Origin: Octopus vulgaris
Lineage: Eukaryota
Length of the DNA: 64,000 bases
Reading direction: 5' to 3'
Assembly: GCA_951406725.2 (NCBI GenBank)
Contig: OX597829.1
Coordinates: forward strand, 12,710,001 to 12,774,000
The notes beneath the pieces are model-generated. The model was not told the DNA's origin, made no database searches, and was given only the letters and a program-made list of their open reading frames with translations. A program made the translations under genes and the position numbers. How positions within the stretch are numbered: the first letter of the stretch is position 1; the number at the start of each line of letters is the position of its first letter. Positions 37,521 through 51,219 of the stretch are shown piece after piece.

Positions 37521-38256
37521 CAGGAATCTAAGATTTATAAAGGAGAACATTACTTTTGACCAGTATACAGCTGTTAATTGCAAATCCGACGGCGCTAAAG
37601 CAGATATAAGAATCTAAAGAGAACAAGGAAAGGGATAAAGGGGTCAAAGGCTATCACCAGAGGAAAATACATTAAGAGATTTAAGTGCAATACTAGAAAG
37701 GGGGTCATTTAATTAATTAATTTATTATTATTACTATTTATACAATGACAGACTGTAGGTCTATACCTAGAGGTCAATTAAAAGGTGTGAGAGTATTGCT
37801 TATCATAGTGAAATTTCGTATACTACTTTTAGGGGAGTAGCATTACTTATTTTACTTTATAATAGAATTATGAAGTATTAGTAACTTATTTGATTTAAGT
37901 CGTGTTACCTAAATTAGATTAAAATTAGATTAAATTAAATTAACTATATAGTCATTTAAACTTTTTTTGGCAACGTACAAATACTATTTATTTCTTTATG
38001 TTCCAAATCAGGTGCAGTTAGAAAGACAGAAATAACCATAGTGTAAGAGCTCGCAGCTATCTATTTAAAAATATATTAGAGTTTTGCTTTATTAGTAAAA
38101 GCAAATAGATCTAGCTCCATACGATTATTCTATACGATTATTCTATGCTATCACTTCACTGCGTAGTAACTTTAGCAAATGTCTTGCACCATAGTAATGG
38201 GTCAACCAATCATTGTGAGTTGATTTGCTTTTTCGGAAAATAAAAGAAGTCCGTCG

Positions 38257-38337
<81 letters not shown>

Positions 38338-38338
38338 G

Positions 38339-38386
<48 letters not shown>

Positions 38387-38482
38387 TATATAAATATGTG
38401 TGTATGTATGTATTTTACTCAGTCAACCAGCACCTTCATGAGGCACTCTTTTGGGACTGTTGAATTTTATTGTAAGTTTTAA

Positions 38483-38566
38483 TTCACCTGAAGACAACGT
38501 GTATTTTTTAGACGTTATAATTGATTTGTTCATCAATAAAAACACGTCCGAAACAGCTGTAGTGAA
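38483..38566 (+). ncRNA. Type I HHR, same family as 11638
   Basis: ttcac-CTGAAGA-caacgtgt...acacgtcc-GAAA-c(AGCT)g-TA-gtgaa. Confidence 0.75.
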
Positions 38567-38599
38567 CCTGAACCCATTTGTGTCTTCATTTATATATGC

Positions 38600-38684
<85 letters not shown>

Positions 38685-40739
38685 TGGATAAGTTGGGAGA
38701 TACATACATATACATACACGCATACACTTTAGTTTGTGCGCATTAATATGTATATATATGTGCATATGTGCATGGCTGTGTGCTCCTGTGTTTGTCCATG
38801 TGTGTGAATATTCATGAGTGCATGTACGTTTTTGTTCTGTGAGGTGCGTGTGTTTGTGTGTACATGTGTGTGTGTGCATGTCTGTGTGTGTGCATGTGTG
38901 TGCGAGTGTATCTTTTTGTGTGTATGTGTGTGTGTCCTTTTTCTGGTGTGTGTGTGTGTGTGCGTTTGTGTATGTGTATGTTTGTATGAATATGGTAATA
39001 TCTGGATGTTTGTTCTGTGGGACATTTGTAATGCCAGCTGTCGACTGAAGGGAGAAGCTGTCATGGCTGTCAAATATGGTAACCACAGTCGGGGCTACAG
39101 TTGACGTCAGTAGAATAATTTAGCCAATAACATCAATATCAGAATTTTGACGCTGGTGAGTGTGGTGGAGGTGTAGCTGGTTTTGGTGGTGGTGGGATGA
39201 TGCTGGAGAGAAGGGGGAGACAGAAAAAGAGGTGGTACAGGAGGCGACTGTGTATGCAACTCTGATGATGATTATTGATAAAGTAAGTGTTTAAGGGTCA
39301 GATATTTAGGAAGTGACATTCAATGTAATAATATACATATAGAAATGCATACTGACACAACACACACACAAACACACAGACACGCGTGTGCGTACACACA
39401 CACACATACACGCACAGGGCTAGAGAATTCTTTCAGTAACAGAGGGGAATTAGATGTGCAAGGTTTCTATCTGCTGTCTTTTGCCTTTTGCTTGCTTCAG
39501 CGGAAGTATTTTGCAAAGTCTGTTACTTATTCTATCGGTGTCTTTTGTCGAACTGCAGCGTTACGGGGACGTGAACACGCCAAAACCGGTTGTCAAGCGG
39601 TTGTTTATCATATACAATGATGGAAAGGGTCATACCTCTATAAGTTACAGCAAAGAAGGCTCCAAAGTCAAACGTAGGCCCAAGTATTAAATTAACAGGT
39701 TTCTTCACATGAAACATAACCCTACATTTTACAATGAAAGGAGTGTTCACCTCGCACATAGTTTTACATAATAGAATAATGGACGGATGTACATAAAATA
39801 TAACCCTATATTTAAAAACAAGACAAGCATTTTATATAAAACATAGCTCTCCATAATAAAAGAAATGAAAAAGCATACATAATATATAGCCCTATATATT
39901 AAAATAAGACAAAGTTTAATATGAAACAGTAACTCTACATTTTAAAATGACAGAGGGTTGATTTCAAATGCCCAAAGGTGAAGATAGATAAAAAGTAGCC
40001 TGCGGTAGATTTTGAACTTAGAACGTAAAAGACTGGAATGAATACTTCGTTGGTCGGAGAGGGTCACACATCAGGAGATATGCCAGCATACACATTGAAA
40101 AATATTCATTTTTCTGGAAGTTATGAGGCAAGAAAAATGAGGGTGAGGGGCACATATGTGAAGTTGTCCATGTAATGTATATATAAAATGAATATATGTT
40201 TGGGATTTCCTAACCGGCAGGACAACCATGACAATCCCATCTCTTTTCAAGCGAACTCTTGAAGATAACACAACTTTTCTTTGGGCTGTAGTATTTGAGA
40301 AGTAAGATTTTCTGTTATCTCTAGCTGTAACATTATTACATTTGTTGTTATGGTTCTTGTTGTTTATGCCGGGTCAACAAACTTATGATGAAAACTCTCC
40401 TAAGGTAGCCATCTCCACTCAGTTTCGTTTCATGTGAAACTTGAAAAGTTAATGAGAGCTCTACCAAAGAGGAGTGTTTCTGTCTTCATACCTTTCAGCC
40501 TTGTCCGCCAAACAACATTTACTGCTACAGCCACCAGGCAAAGGAAAATTACCTTTGCTTCCCCGAGGGCGGCAGTACGCTCATCACTACTAACTCGGCC
40601 GACAGACGATTTCGTCTCACACGCGACAGCGGCTGTTCAACATAACCCCACAAGCCAACAATTCCCAGACACTGAATGTGGGCGAGTAGAACGGTTTCAT
40701 CACTCTGCACGCACTTCGGACAAGTCACCGGTTTTATCT

Positions 40740-41310
40740 CGAACCGGTGGTACCCACCAAGGTTACTGCCAGCTCAAGAAAATCTGGAAATTATCCATGA
40801 TATGGGCTGAGAGAAAGCTATCTCTGAGAGGTCAGACAGAGAGGGAGAATGCATACATTGTCTCCGTCATATATTATTGCCTGACCGTCGTGCCTTGCTG
40901 CAGTTTACGTCAGACCAAACTGGGATACATGCTCTTCTTGCTGAGGAAGGGAAGCGTTCCACTGGTCAGATGCAAAATTTGCTGTCAACATCCTCTGAAT
41001 GGAGGGCCCGGCATGCTGTGGATTCTGAAGCGCAGACATGTACTGAGGCTGCGACGTTTCCAGTGCTTCCTAGACAGTGAGCAGTGTGGTCACCGTTTGT
41101 TAGACACGATTTTTCACAGCTCCTCTCTTTGAGTTGCAATCCTGGATCAAGTGTAGACCGTGGTAGAACGCCTAGCACCTAGAGTGTTGTCAGACACACT
41201 CAGTCATCTTCAGTCGGGTAATGCAGTCGGTAGAAGTTTCACTCAAGCGTTCAATAAAGAGTTAGTGGCGGGCAAGCGCAACGACGTTCTTAGGGAGACT
41301 CTGGGCGTCA
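40740..41310 (+). mobile_element. Decayed Tx1-like ORF2 fragment
   Basis: WAERKLSLRG...YIVSVIYYCLTVVPC...CCQHPLNGGPGM matches 54900-55440. Confidence 0.8.
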
Positions 41311-41879
41311 ATTATTTCTCTACCTCATTTGCTAGTTCACTCTTTTGCCTATCGACTTCAAGCTTCACACTGCAAAATGGTACGATTCTAAAATATTGTG
41401 CCTTCTGGACTCATCTCGAGACCCTGTTCTTTCCTCTTCCCTCTTCCCTTCGTTCCTTTTATTATAGACATTTGTATTCACTCTGATGAAGCTCCATGTA
41501 CTAGATCGAATGTGCCATAAAGATGGTAAATATTATTTTCGGAATTTTCTTTGTAAGCACAGATTGACATCGGCAGCCGAAAGGGCCGTAAGAAATGTTA
41601 TGTAATGCTATGTTATGTTTTGTATTAAAAATAATTAACCGAATTGTATGTTGATCAAAATTTGTTTATTTATCAAACTGTTTCTCCATTTTCTGCTTAT
41701 TTAAATTTGATTCCTGATAAACTTTTGTTTATTCAGTTTTTTACCTGTACCCTATGAGCATAGTGTGCTTGCATACCTATGCCCAGGGTTAACATAGGTA
41801 ATTGTTAACATAGGTAAGAGAACTCTTATCCCTTAGACCGTTAACTCTGCTTACCTTTGATATATAAATTCACACAACA

Positions 41880-43165
41880 CACAAATACGTATAAATAATG
41901 CTGTTTTTTAATACTTCTTTTATTTTTCAAAATTAAGAAGAGTAAAGTTCCTTTTTAATCAAAAGTATACTCTCCTTCATTTTCTACAGTGCTCTTCCAT
42001 CTATCTGATAAACATGTCAGGCCTCTCTTCCAAAATTCACTTGTCCGTGACGAAAAATACTCTTCCACTACTGTTCTGACCACGTCTACAGAATTCATAT
42101 TATTTCCGTCCAAATGATTTTTAAAACTGCAGAATAAATGATAATCAGATGGGGCAATGTCCGGCGAATATGGTAGGTGGGGCATCATTTCCCATTGAAA
42201 CTGCTCCAGCCATTGGAATGTCATCCTTGCTGTATGTGGTCAAACATTAACCTGATGGAAGAACACCTTTCGTCTTGAAACCAAAGATAGTCGTTTTTCT
42301 TCTAGCGCTGACTTAAGACGCTCAAAGTGCTCGCGGTGGATCTCCTTTGTTGTCGTTTGGTTTGGGCTTAAAAGTTCAAAGTGGACTAAACCTTTCATAT
42401 CTTCCCAAAGAGATAACAGCACCTTACGTGGGTGAAGACCTTCTTTAGCCTGGGGTACCTGTGTTTCTCCTTTCCCTACTCACTGTGTTTGGCGCTTGAT
42501 ATTTTTATAGAGAACCCACTTCTCGTTACCAGTCACTATTCGGTCCAAAAAAACGTTCATTCATGAGACGTGACATCAAAGAAGAGCATACATTACATTC
42601 ACTCTCTGCGCGCTATTAGACTCAGAAAGTTTGTGAGGAAGCCATTGACCCAATTTGCTGACTTTTCCGATGCCATGCAAGTGTCGATGAATGGTTGAAT
42701 GACCGAATCCAAGCTTCTCTACTAGTTCCTCAACAGTTATGATAGGATTTAGTTCCACCATGTTTGCAGGGCCTCCTCGTCGAGCTCTACAGATCTTCCA
42801 GGATGGGGCTCTTCTAGGCTATTGTTTCTGACTCGGAATTTCTGGAACCACCGTTCACACTGGCTTACGCTTATTGCCCAATCCTCATGTATTGCATTAA
42901 TATGCCTCACAGTTTCCATTGTGTTGTTGCCTTTATTGAACTCATAAAGGAAAATATGTCGAATATGCTCCTTTGTCACTTCCATTAAAGCTTTGAAAAA
43001 ATAACTATTAAAATCGAACTGCACTCTTCAAAACTTGCACTAAGAATCAGGACAAGGTAAAATTATTACCTGCTTTTATAACAATTTGATGCATGTAGTT
43101 TATCCCGTCACGCTCAAACTTTTAGTTCATACAATTCAAAAAACCACATTATTTATATCATCATG
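41880..43165 (-). mobile_element. Near full-length decayed mariner (DD34D-type)
   Basis: HIRHIFLYEFNKG, WLPHKLS, HLPYSPDIAPSDYHLF. TIR remnants ataaataatgctgttttt / aaaaaccacattatttat. Confidence 0.9.
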
Positions 43166-43279
43166 AGTGGTGTGCGTATTCATATGTATAAGAGTACGGG
43201 TCTATATACCTCTGTAGCTGTTTATGTAAATGTGTGGTGTTCGTTAAGTGTGTTTTCCTGCGTATTACATGGATTTGCA

Positions 43280-43550
43280 GGAACATTCCGTCGGTTACCT
43301 ACTCGTGAAATTAACATGCATGTGGCTGAGTACTCCACAGACAGGCACGCCCCTAATGCAGTTCTCAGGTATATTTAACGTGACACAGAATGTGACAAGG
43401 CTGGCCCTCTGAAATACAACTTACTTTTACCAGCTGAGTAGATTGGAGCAATGTGAAAAAAAGTGTCTAACTCAAGGACGGAACTCGTCACCAGGTATCG
43501 AACTCACGTTTTTATCGTGAGTCGAGTACCCTAAGCACTTAGCCACACGT
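43280..43550 (-). mobile_element. tRNA-derived SINE (family of 63830)
   Basis: rc head gtggctaagtg...gagttcgatacc...ttgagttagacacttt...ttgctccaatctactcagctg. Confidence 0.7.
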
Positions 43551-44552
43551 CTGCGTATTTGATATGTACATAAGTACATAATTCAGATTGTGTAATTATG
43601 TGTAACATTATATTTGCATATTTGTTTTATACAAACTTTTGAATATATTCAATGTAACTCATAAATTATACATACAGCGTTTTGTTTCTATATGCCTGGT
43701 GAGTATATTTAAATATATTCAAGCTTGTATGCTTTATGTGTGGACACAAGTATATGTTTTATTTGATGAAGAGGTTGTAATTCTCCTTGTGGTTTTTATT
43801 TTATTTTAATGCTTGTATATTTGTGTGTGCAAAGGGGTGGGTTTGGAGAACGGCGTGCCAGCGCGTGCGTATTTGTGTATTGTTATAATAATGTGTATGC
43901 GTGCGTGTTTGCGATTGTGTTTCTGTATGGGTGTAGATGTATGTGTGTCTGTCTGAAAGTATGCTTATCTTTCTATGTATGTATTTATATGCACTCGAAT
44001 CTGCGCGTGCGAGTCTTCCCGCGCACGAGTCTCGGCACGCACGAGTCTCTGTACATACGATTCTCTGCGAACACGATTCTCTGAGCGCACGTGTCTCTTC
44101 GTGCACGATCTCTGCATGTGTGCATGTGTTTTTACGTGCGCGTATGTGCTTCTCCATCTGTGTGTGTGGTTCTGCGCGGTTGTCGTTTTCTTTTCTGCGT
44201 GTGCATGTCTTTCTGTGTGTGTATATGTTTTCCAGCGTATTTGTGTGTCTTTGTGTATCCTATGTATGTGCTTGTGCGCGCGCGTGTATATATGTAGACA
44301 CTCACATCTGCACCTGCGTCGTTCTGACGCACAAATCTCTGTGCGTGCGTATGTATATCTCCGTTCTGTGTGGTACTGCGCTAGCGTAAGTCTTTTCTGC
44401 GTGCGTATATGCTTTTCTAGGTGTTTATGTATTCTGTGTGTATGTGTGTGTGTGTGTGTGCGTGCGTGTGTGTATGATATATATTTATATATTTATATTA
44501 AGGACTGACTACTTGATAAATTCTTATGAAGTTAATTTTTTAAATTAAAAAA

Positions 44553-44617
<65 letters not shown>

Positions 44618-45342
44618 AAGTGAGTGTGTGTGTGCATGTGTGTCTAAGCGCACGAACCCCTACACACACGAGTGACTCTGTACACAAGTCTCGGCATGTG
44701 TGAATATATTTTAATGTGTGCACATGTTTCACCGTCAGTATGTGGCCATTCACGTGTGTACCTGTTTCTGCGTGTGTATATGCTTTCCTGCGTGTTTGTG
44801 AGCCTAGTGTTGTGTGCGTGTGTGTGTGTGCGTGTGTGTGTGCGTGTGTGAGTTTAAGAGAGTGAGAAAGAGAGAGATAGTGAATGATAGAGTGTGTGTA
44901 TGTGTGTTATCTAATATCTTCATGAATATCGAATGATGCAAGTATACCTGCTTGTACTACAGTTTTATTATTTTTACCCTCTATGCAAATTTGCGTATGT
45001 ACTTGTCAAGCTAATTTATACGCATGGTAGATAAATAGACATTGGCAAGATTGGAAAATTGGTGTTTCGTACCGTGAGTAGATGATTTCATTGTTTGATT
45101 TCCATTGCATTAAATACACTATTCTTTGAAGGTGTACATATATACAAACATCCGTACATGCATGCATATGTACATACATGCATATGTACATGCATACGCA
45201 TGCATTCATATACATGCATGCATATGTACATACATGCATATGTACATACACATACATTCATATACATGAATGGCTTATATATGTTGTTTTAGTATTTTTT
45301 TAGTTGTTTCGGTCATTTGACTGCAGCCATGCTGGAGCAACG

Positions 45343-45401
<59 letters not shown>

Positions 45402-45465
45402 GTATGTATATATATATGTGTGTGTATATATACATACATACACACATACATACATATATACATAC

Positions 45466-45496
<31 letters not shown>

Positions 45497-45539
45497 TATA
45501 CAAATAAATATACACATATATATATATATATATATATAT

Positions 45540-45850
45540 ATCACCGTGAACACCGTGCCCGATGAGGCTATCAGATGTTGCTACACATCGCTGGTCTCAA
45601 TGCACTTCGCATTGTTTTAGCCTTCAAATGACGCCACCCCGCTGGCTAAGCTAGCGGGCCGACAGAAGAAAGAGTGAGGGAAAGTTGTGGCGAAAGAGTA
45701 CAGCAGGGATCGCCCCCCTCCCCTGTCGGAGCCACGTGGAGCTTTAGGTGTTCTCGCTCAATAAGCACTCACAACACCCTGTGTGGGAATCGAAACCGCG
45801 ATCTAACGACCGCGAGTCTGCTGCTCTAACCACTCGGCCAATGCGCCTCC
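45540..45850 (-). mobile_element. tRNA-derived SINE (third family)
   Basis: rc head ggaggcgcatTGGCCGAGTGGttagagcagc...GGTTTCGATTCC followed by a non-tRNA body. Confidence 0.85.
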
Positions 45851-45950
45851 ACACACACACACACGCGCACACACACACATATACACACACATACACACAC
45901 ATACACACATACACACACACACACAGACACACATATATATATATATACTG

Positions 45951-45982
<32 letters not shown>

Positions 45983-45987
45983 CATAT

Positions 45988-46290
45988 GAGCTGTAATGAA
46001 CCTGAACGAAGTTGTGTTTTTACTTTATATATATAAAGTAAAAGCACAAGTGGGTTGAGGTTCATTACAGCTCTTTCAATCATGTGTTTTATTAATGGAC
46101 AAATCAATTACATTATGTAAAGCAAAAACATTTTCTTCGCATGAATTTTAAAAAAGCATGTAACAAAATAAAATTTAATTCATCTGACGTGAACGGGTTT
46201 TACATAATGTAATTGATTTGTCCATCAATAAAAGACACGTTTGAAACGGCTGTAGTAAACCTTTGCCTGTCTGCGTTTTTATTTATACTA
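45988..46290. repeat. Alternating-orientation decayed copies of the 11638/38483 HHR cassette
   Basis: Inverted repeat 45988-46074 around (TA)n. Minus copy to ~46145 and plus copy 46179-46260, both with damaged cores. Confidence 0.7.
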
Positions 46291-46892
46291 CACCACACTC
46301 AAAACCTTCTCTGCATTGGATCTTAGATCTATAATAGACCGTGGACTGCATGTACTCTTATGTGATAATTTTTTGTGATTTTACATATACTTGTGAATGT
46401 ATGCGTACCTGCAAGGACAACTCCGTATATACACTGGTAAGTATGTGAGTGTCCGAACACAGTTGATACACTGGCATGCTGTTTCGACTCATTGATACCT
46501 GAAATTATTATGTATACATATACATACATACAGACATACGCGCGCGCGCACACACACACATATACACACACACATATGCACACGTTTATCAATTTGTGCT
46601 GCAAGATTCCTGATGTGAAACCGTATGTTGAAAACATATTGTTATATTTTAGAATGGTCGTTTTGTTCATGCTAAATAAACCACGCACTATATATTCATT
46701 CTCTACGAAAATGGAGGGGATCGCTGAAGAGGTCCAGATGTGTGACGAAAGATTTTCCGACAATGGACATCAGTTGAAATAACAACATTAATAAACGAGT
46801 GAAGTACAATATATAATGCGTATGTTTAAATGGCAAGAAAAAAAATGACCATCCCGAAATATAACAATATATATATGTGTGTATGTGTGCGT

Positions 46893-46925
<33 letters not shown>

Positions 46926-47540
46926 TGTGTGCGTGTGTTTGTGTGTATTTATATGCACGTTCAATCTACGACAATTAGCAACAATTGAAGGAACATAAAC
47001 TTCTGGCGTTCGACCTACCGTCAAATTATTCTTAAATAATGTTTTAATAGATTTTTATAATTTTGAGAAATGTCGACAATGTGATTCTAAATACCTCCGA
47101 GCAAAACAGCGTGGTTACGGTTGTAATGCCCTGGACCATAGGTCTTCTTCAGCGGAGCCAACTTCGGTAAGAACAATTACAAAAAAATAGCCACCACTTA
47201 GCGAAATCATAGATTAACACTTAAAAATTTGGATTACTGTCGTGGAAACAATGGAATTGGCCAGTCAGTATCACTATTAGCGTCATCATAATTTTCATCA
47301 TCTTTATCATCAACAGCAACTCTCTTGACATCGGGAACTCTTTTAATTTGTTAACTTTCTAACCTCAAAAAGTATTGTCATTTGTTAGCGACCGATTTGA
47401 ATTCCCTTAAGACAAACATAAATGAAAACTCAGACACACATGCATACGTATATAAATACATACGTGCATGCATGCATGCATGCATGCATGCATGCATACA
47501 TACATACATACATACATACATACATACATACATACATACA

Positions 47541-47730
47541 TGATGGCTGTCCCCTCGTTATCGAGTATGGCCATTGCACGAAGCTTAACTGTTATTGGTG
47601 CTGTGATCGAATGTGACTTTTTAGCCCAGCTAAAGATCTACAATGTCTTGTACAGAATTGGCAACTAAAACGTTTACCGGTAATAGCCGGCTGTAGTTGT
47701 AACTGGGCTTCATGTACCTTTGCATGTCGT
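47541..47730 (-). mobile_element. 3' tip of the RTE family seen at 5896-7415
   Basis: Reverse complement of 7218-7407, inside (TACA)n. Confidence 0.9.
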
Positions 47731-47967
47731 TTATACATACATACGTACATACATACATACGTACATCCATACATACGGACACTGCGCAAAAACCTAGAAA
47801 TACTCGGTTTTACGGAGTAAGAGTAAAAGAAACTGATGCGGGTTCTCCGAATTCAGTCTATTTGTGTCACAGTAAATGCTTGTTATGACATTCCAAACAT
47901 TTTACTTTCTGAAATTCTTATCTAAATAGATGCACAAACTTGGGTGTATGCATCGACAGAGAGAGAG

Positions 47968-48036
<69 letters not shown>

Positions 48037-48615
48037 GCGGGAGAGAGTATGTGTGTGCATATGTATATATTTGTATTCTTGTTATTCAATTTTATTTCAA
48101 GATTTCTTGCCAATAAAGAAATAGCCTTCACTGGAACTTCAACATCAACAGTTGTAACTTTACATGTTTTTGTGTATATGTGCAGCTTTGTATGTTTTGT
48201 TTTATGTATGTGTTTTCATGCATGTACCTGCATATCTAGACATGCTCATATATGCTTAAATGATAAATTTTAAAAAATTTTACAGATTTCTATTGTTCCA
48301 CTGATGGCTTCGATTTGTAGTCTTCGAATCAGCTTTCGCCATTCTGGTTTTGAGAAACCTAATTTCTCAAGATACTTAGGCGGTGTTACATATTCCAGTG
48401 ACCTAATAACTATAGGAACCCCAAGAAATTCTAATCTGGGTAGAGTAACTGTAGATTTCTCAATAGTTCGGTGTATGTATTTATGTACGTATGTATGTAT
48501 TTATATATGTATGTATAGATACATAGATTGAGGGAGAGAGAGAGAGAGGGAGAGAGAGAGAGAGAGAGAAAAAGAGAGGGAGATGATTTTCATGGGAATA
48601 ATTCACCGTTAGTTG

Positions 48616-49035
48616 GGATCTTTTCGGTTTGAACGGCAGTTTTAACATAATTTCTAGGTAACTAAAAAATTTTAAACTTCGTATACTGGTAGAATGTGTT
48701 TATAAAACATCTTTTTCTCTTCGCTTTATTGAGAAAATTCTATAGTTTGTAAGATATATGTTGTTTTTTTCTTCAATTTCTGCAATTTAAACCAATCAGT
48801 GACGTCTATTGAGGTGAATACATTCTGTGCCGTATGAATATGTCCCTCGTTTAAGAAACAGATTTGGTTTATTTACATTTGTGAAGAAAAAAAGATACCC
48901 CTCCCCCACCCCTAAACTTAACCCTAACCTTAAAAGAGATTGAAATGCAATAGATCGATTCTAGGGTCATAATTATGGGTGACAATTTCATATGACACCG
49001 CTAGAAAAAAACTGCCGTTCAAACCGAAAAGATCC
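48616..49035. mobile_element. 420-bp MITE with ~28-bp TIRs and 8-bp TSD
   Basis: TIR GGATCTTTTCGGTTTGAACGGCAGTTTT at both ends. TSD GTTAGTTG at 48608-48615 and 49036-49043. Confidence 0.92.
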
Positions 49036-49879
49036 GTTAGTTGCACCATATATTTGCTACTTTCAGTTTTTCTAATATAATACATCCCCGGTGAGAAGGG
49101 ATATTTGAGCTGAAAATATGCCTACTTCATTTCTCGTGTTAATTTTTCCATGCCTTATATTTAACCCCTAGTTATCGACAGCTATTTATAACAAGGCTTT
49201 ATGGGAATCTAAGCATTTCATCATAGACTGAAGTTACAGAAACATCTGGTCAGTCCGGATAGGCCTCACATATTGTTAATATGAATATAATCATATTTCT
49301 TTAATTAACATTAAGGAATTCTGTTTCTTTAATTCACATTAAGGCAGATAATACACTAATCAATTTCTAATGAGGGGGAACATCTTCAGAGGATGACTAA
49401 CACAATTAGCAGAATTAAATTTTCATTTGTGAAGTACAAGAATGTCTGTTTGATACACACATACATGCGCGCTCACACAGAGTCTATGCACGTACATAAA
49501 AAAAATATATGTGTCTATGTTTGTCTGAACATCTTGGTTTAATTTTTAAATATTGGGATTCATAATCGTAAGGTGGAAGGTTTGATTGCTGAAACGGACA
49601 GGTGTTGTGTCTTCGAGCAAAACATTTTATGTTCCCATTGATCTAGCCCATTCAGCTGCAGCTAGGGATCCGTAGTGGATTTTCGAGTCAGCACGTATAT
49701 ATTAAATAAAAAGGAAAACAAAACCAAGGCAGGGCGAGTGTCTTGGGTCATTTAGAATATTTAATTAGAGTAAGGTGACTCAAAAATGGAGAAGTAGAAA
49801 TAATTAGAAGTAATATTCTAAATAACCTAAGATACTCCTCCTGCCTTCGTTTTGCTTTCCTTTTCCTTTAACACACGCG

Positions 49880-49928
<49 letters not shown>

Positions 49929-49959
49929 ACACACACATGCGTGTATGTGTGTGCCCGTG

Positions 49960-50185
49960 TGTGTATCTTTGTATCTTGTTTGTTCCCATCTTCGCTTGAT
50001 AAATAGTGTTAGGGTGTTTACGCCCCTGTAAATTAGCAGTTCGGCGCAAGAGACTGATAGAATAAGTACTGGGTTAAAAAACAATGAATGTACCGAGGTC
50101 GATTGATTCGTTCATTCGACTAAAAATTCTGTAATGCGCTGCCCCAGCATTGCTGCAGTCTAATAGTTGAAACAAGTAAAAGGAA
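49960..50185 (+). mobile_element. SINE 3' half (family of 18588)
   Basis: gagactgatagaataagtact...ccagcattgctgcagtc...gaaacaagtaaaag. Confidence 0.7.
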
Positions 50186-50999
50186 AGATAAAAGAAGTTA
50201 TATATATATACACATACACACACACACAACACAATACACACACAACACAACACAACACACACACACATACACACACACGCACACACACACATATATATAT
50301 ATAAGCACATATCTATATAGCATATATACATACATGCATATATATATGTGCATATATGTATATATGTACTTATATATACTTTATATGTCCTTCTATCTAT
50401 CTGTCTACCTATCTATACATCTGTTTTTTACTGGCTATATGTTTGCATACATGTCTGTCTGGTTATTTCTATCAGCTAGCCATAACTATTTAGAGTACTC
50501 TTGTGTTTTCTACGTGTATACATTTAATTATATACATATTTAACACACTAAATACAATACATAATTTCTTCATATAGAGCAATGCAAATATTTGCAGATA
50601 TTCGGACTGACACCCGCTAATATGTAGCTTCTTGCTAAAATCTTTGAACAATTTTAATGGGAAGTGTCTGTTAAATATATAAAACAAATGACGATGTACT
50701 GGCATTTCTTCTCAAGTTAATAATGATTTCAAGTAAACATATTAATTTCTTATTTCGTATATAACTTGAGATAAATCACTTGGCACTGCTTATGAAGAAA
50801 ACAATATTGAATCGTAGATGCTGATCAACAGTTAGTAATACAAAAAGGAAAAAATATACCGCATAATTATACTTCAGTAGCACCACACATCTTTTTTGTG
50901 CATCAAAAGAAATGTTATATTGTTTACGAAAAAGGATAATTCTTCTTAAAACAGTCACCCATACACACACACATAAGTCAAGACTATCTACAAGTTGGT

Positions 51000-51075
<76 letters not shown>

Positions 51076-51124
51076 CCTATCTATCTACATGTCTGTCTGC
51101 CTGTCTGTCTATCTATCTATCTTC

Positions 51125-51212
<88 letters not shown>

Positions 51213-51219
51213 TTATCTA

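Noticed and set aside
39000-39165. Possible host exon ending at GTGAGT (also 46416-46442)
   Set aside because: No sustained open frame or convincing acceptor. Cannot be supported without RNA data.
45770-45850. tRNA gene (also 63830-63900 and 18930-19002)
   Set aside because: A and B boxes continue into SINE bodies and there is no proper acceptor stem.
49354-49392. Minus-strand CTGAAGA...GAAA motif
   Set aside because: Helices I and II do not pair.
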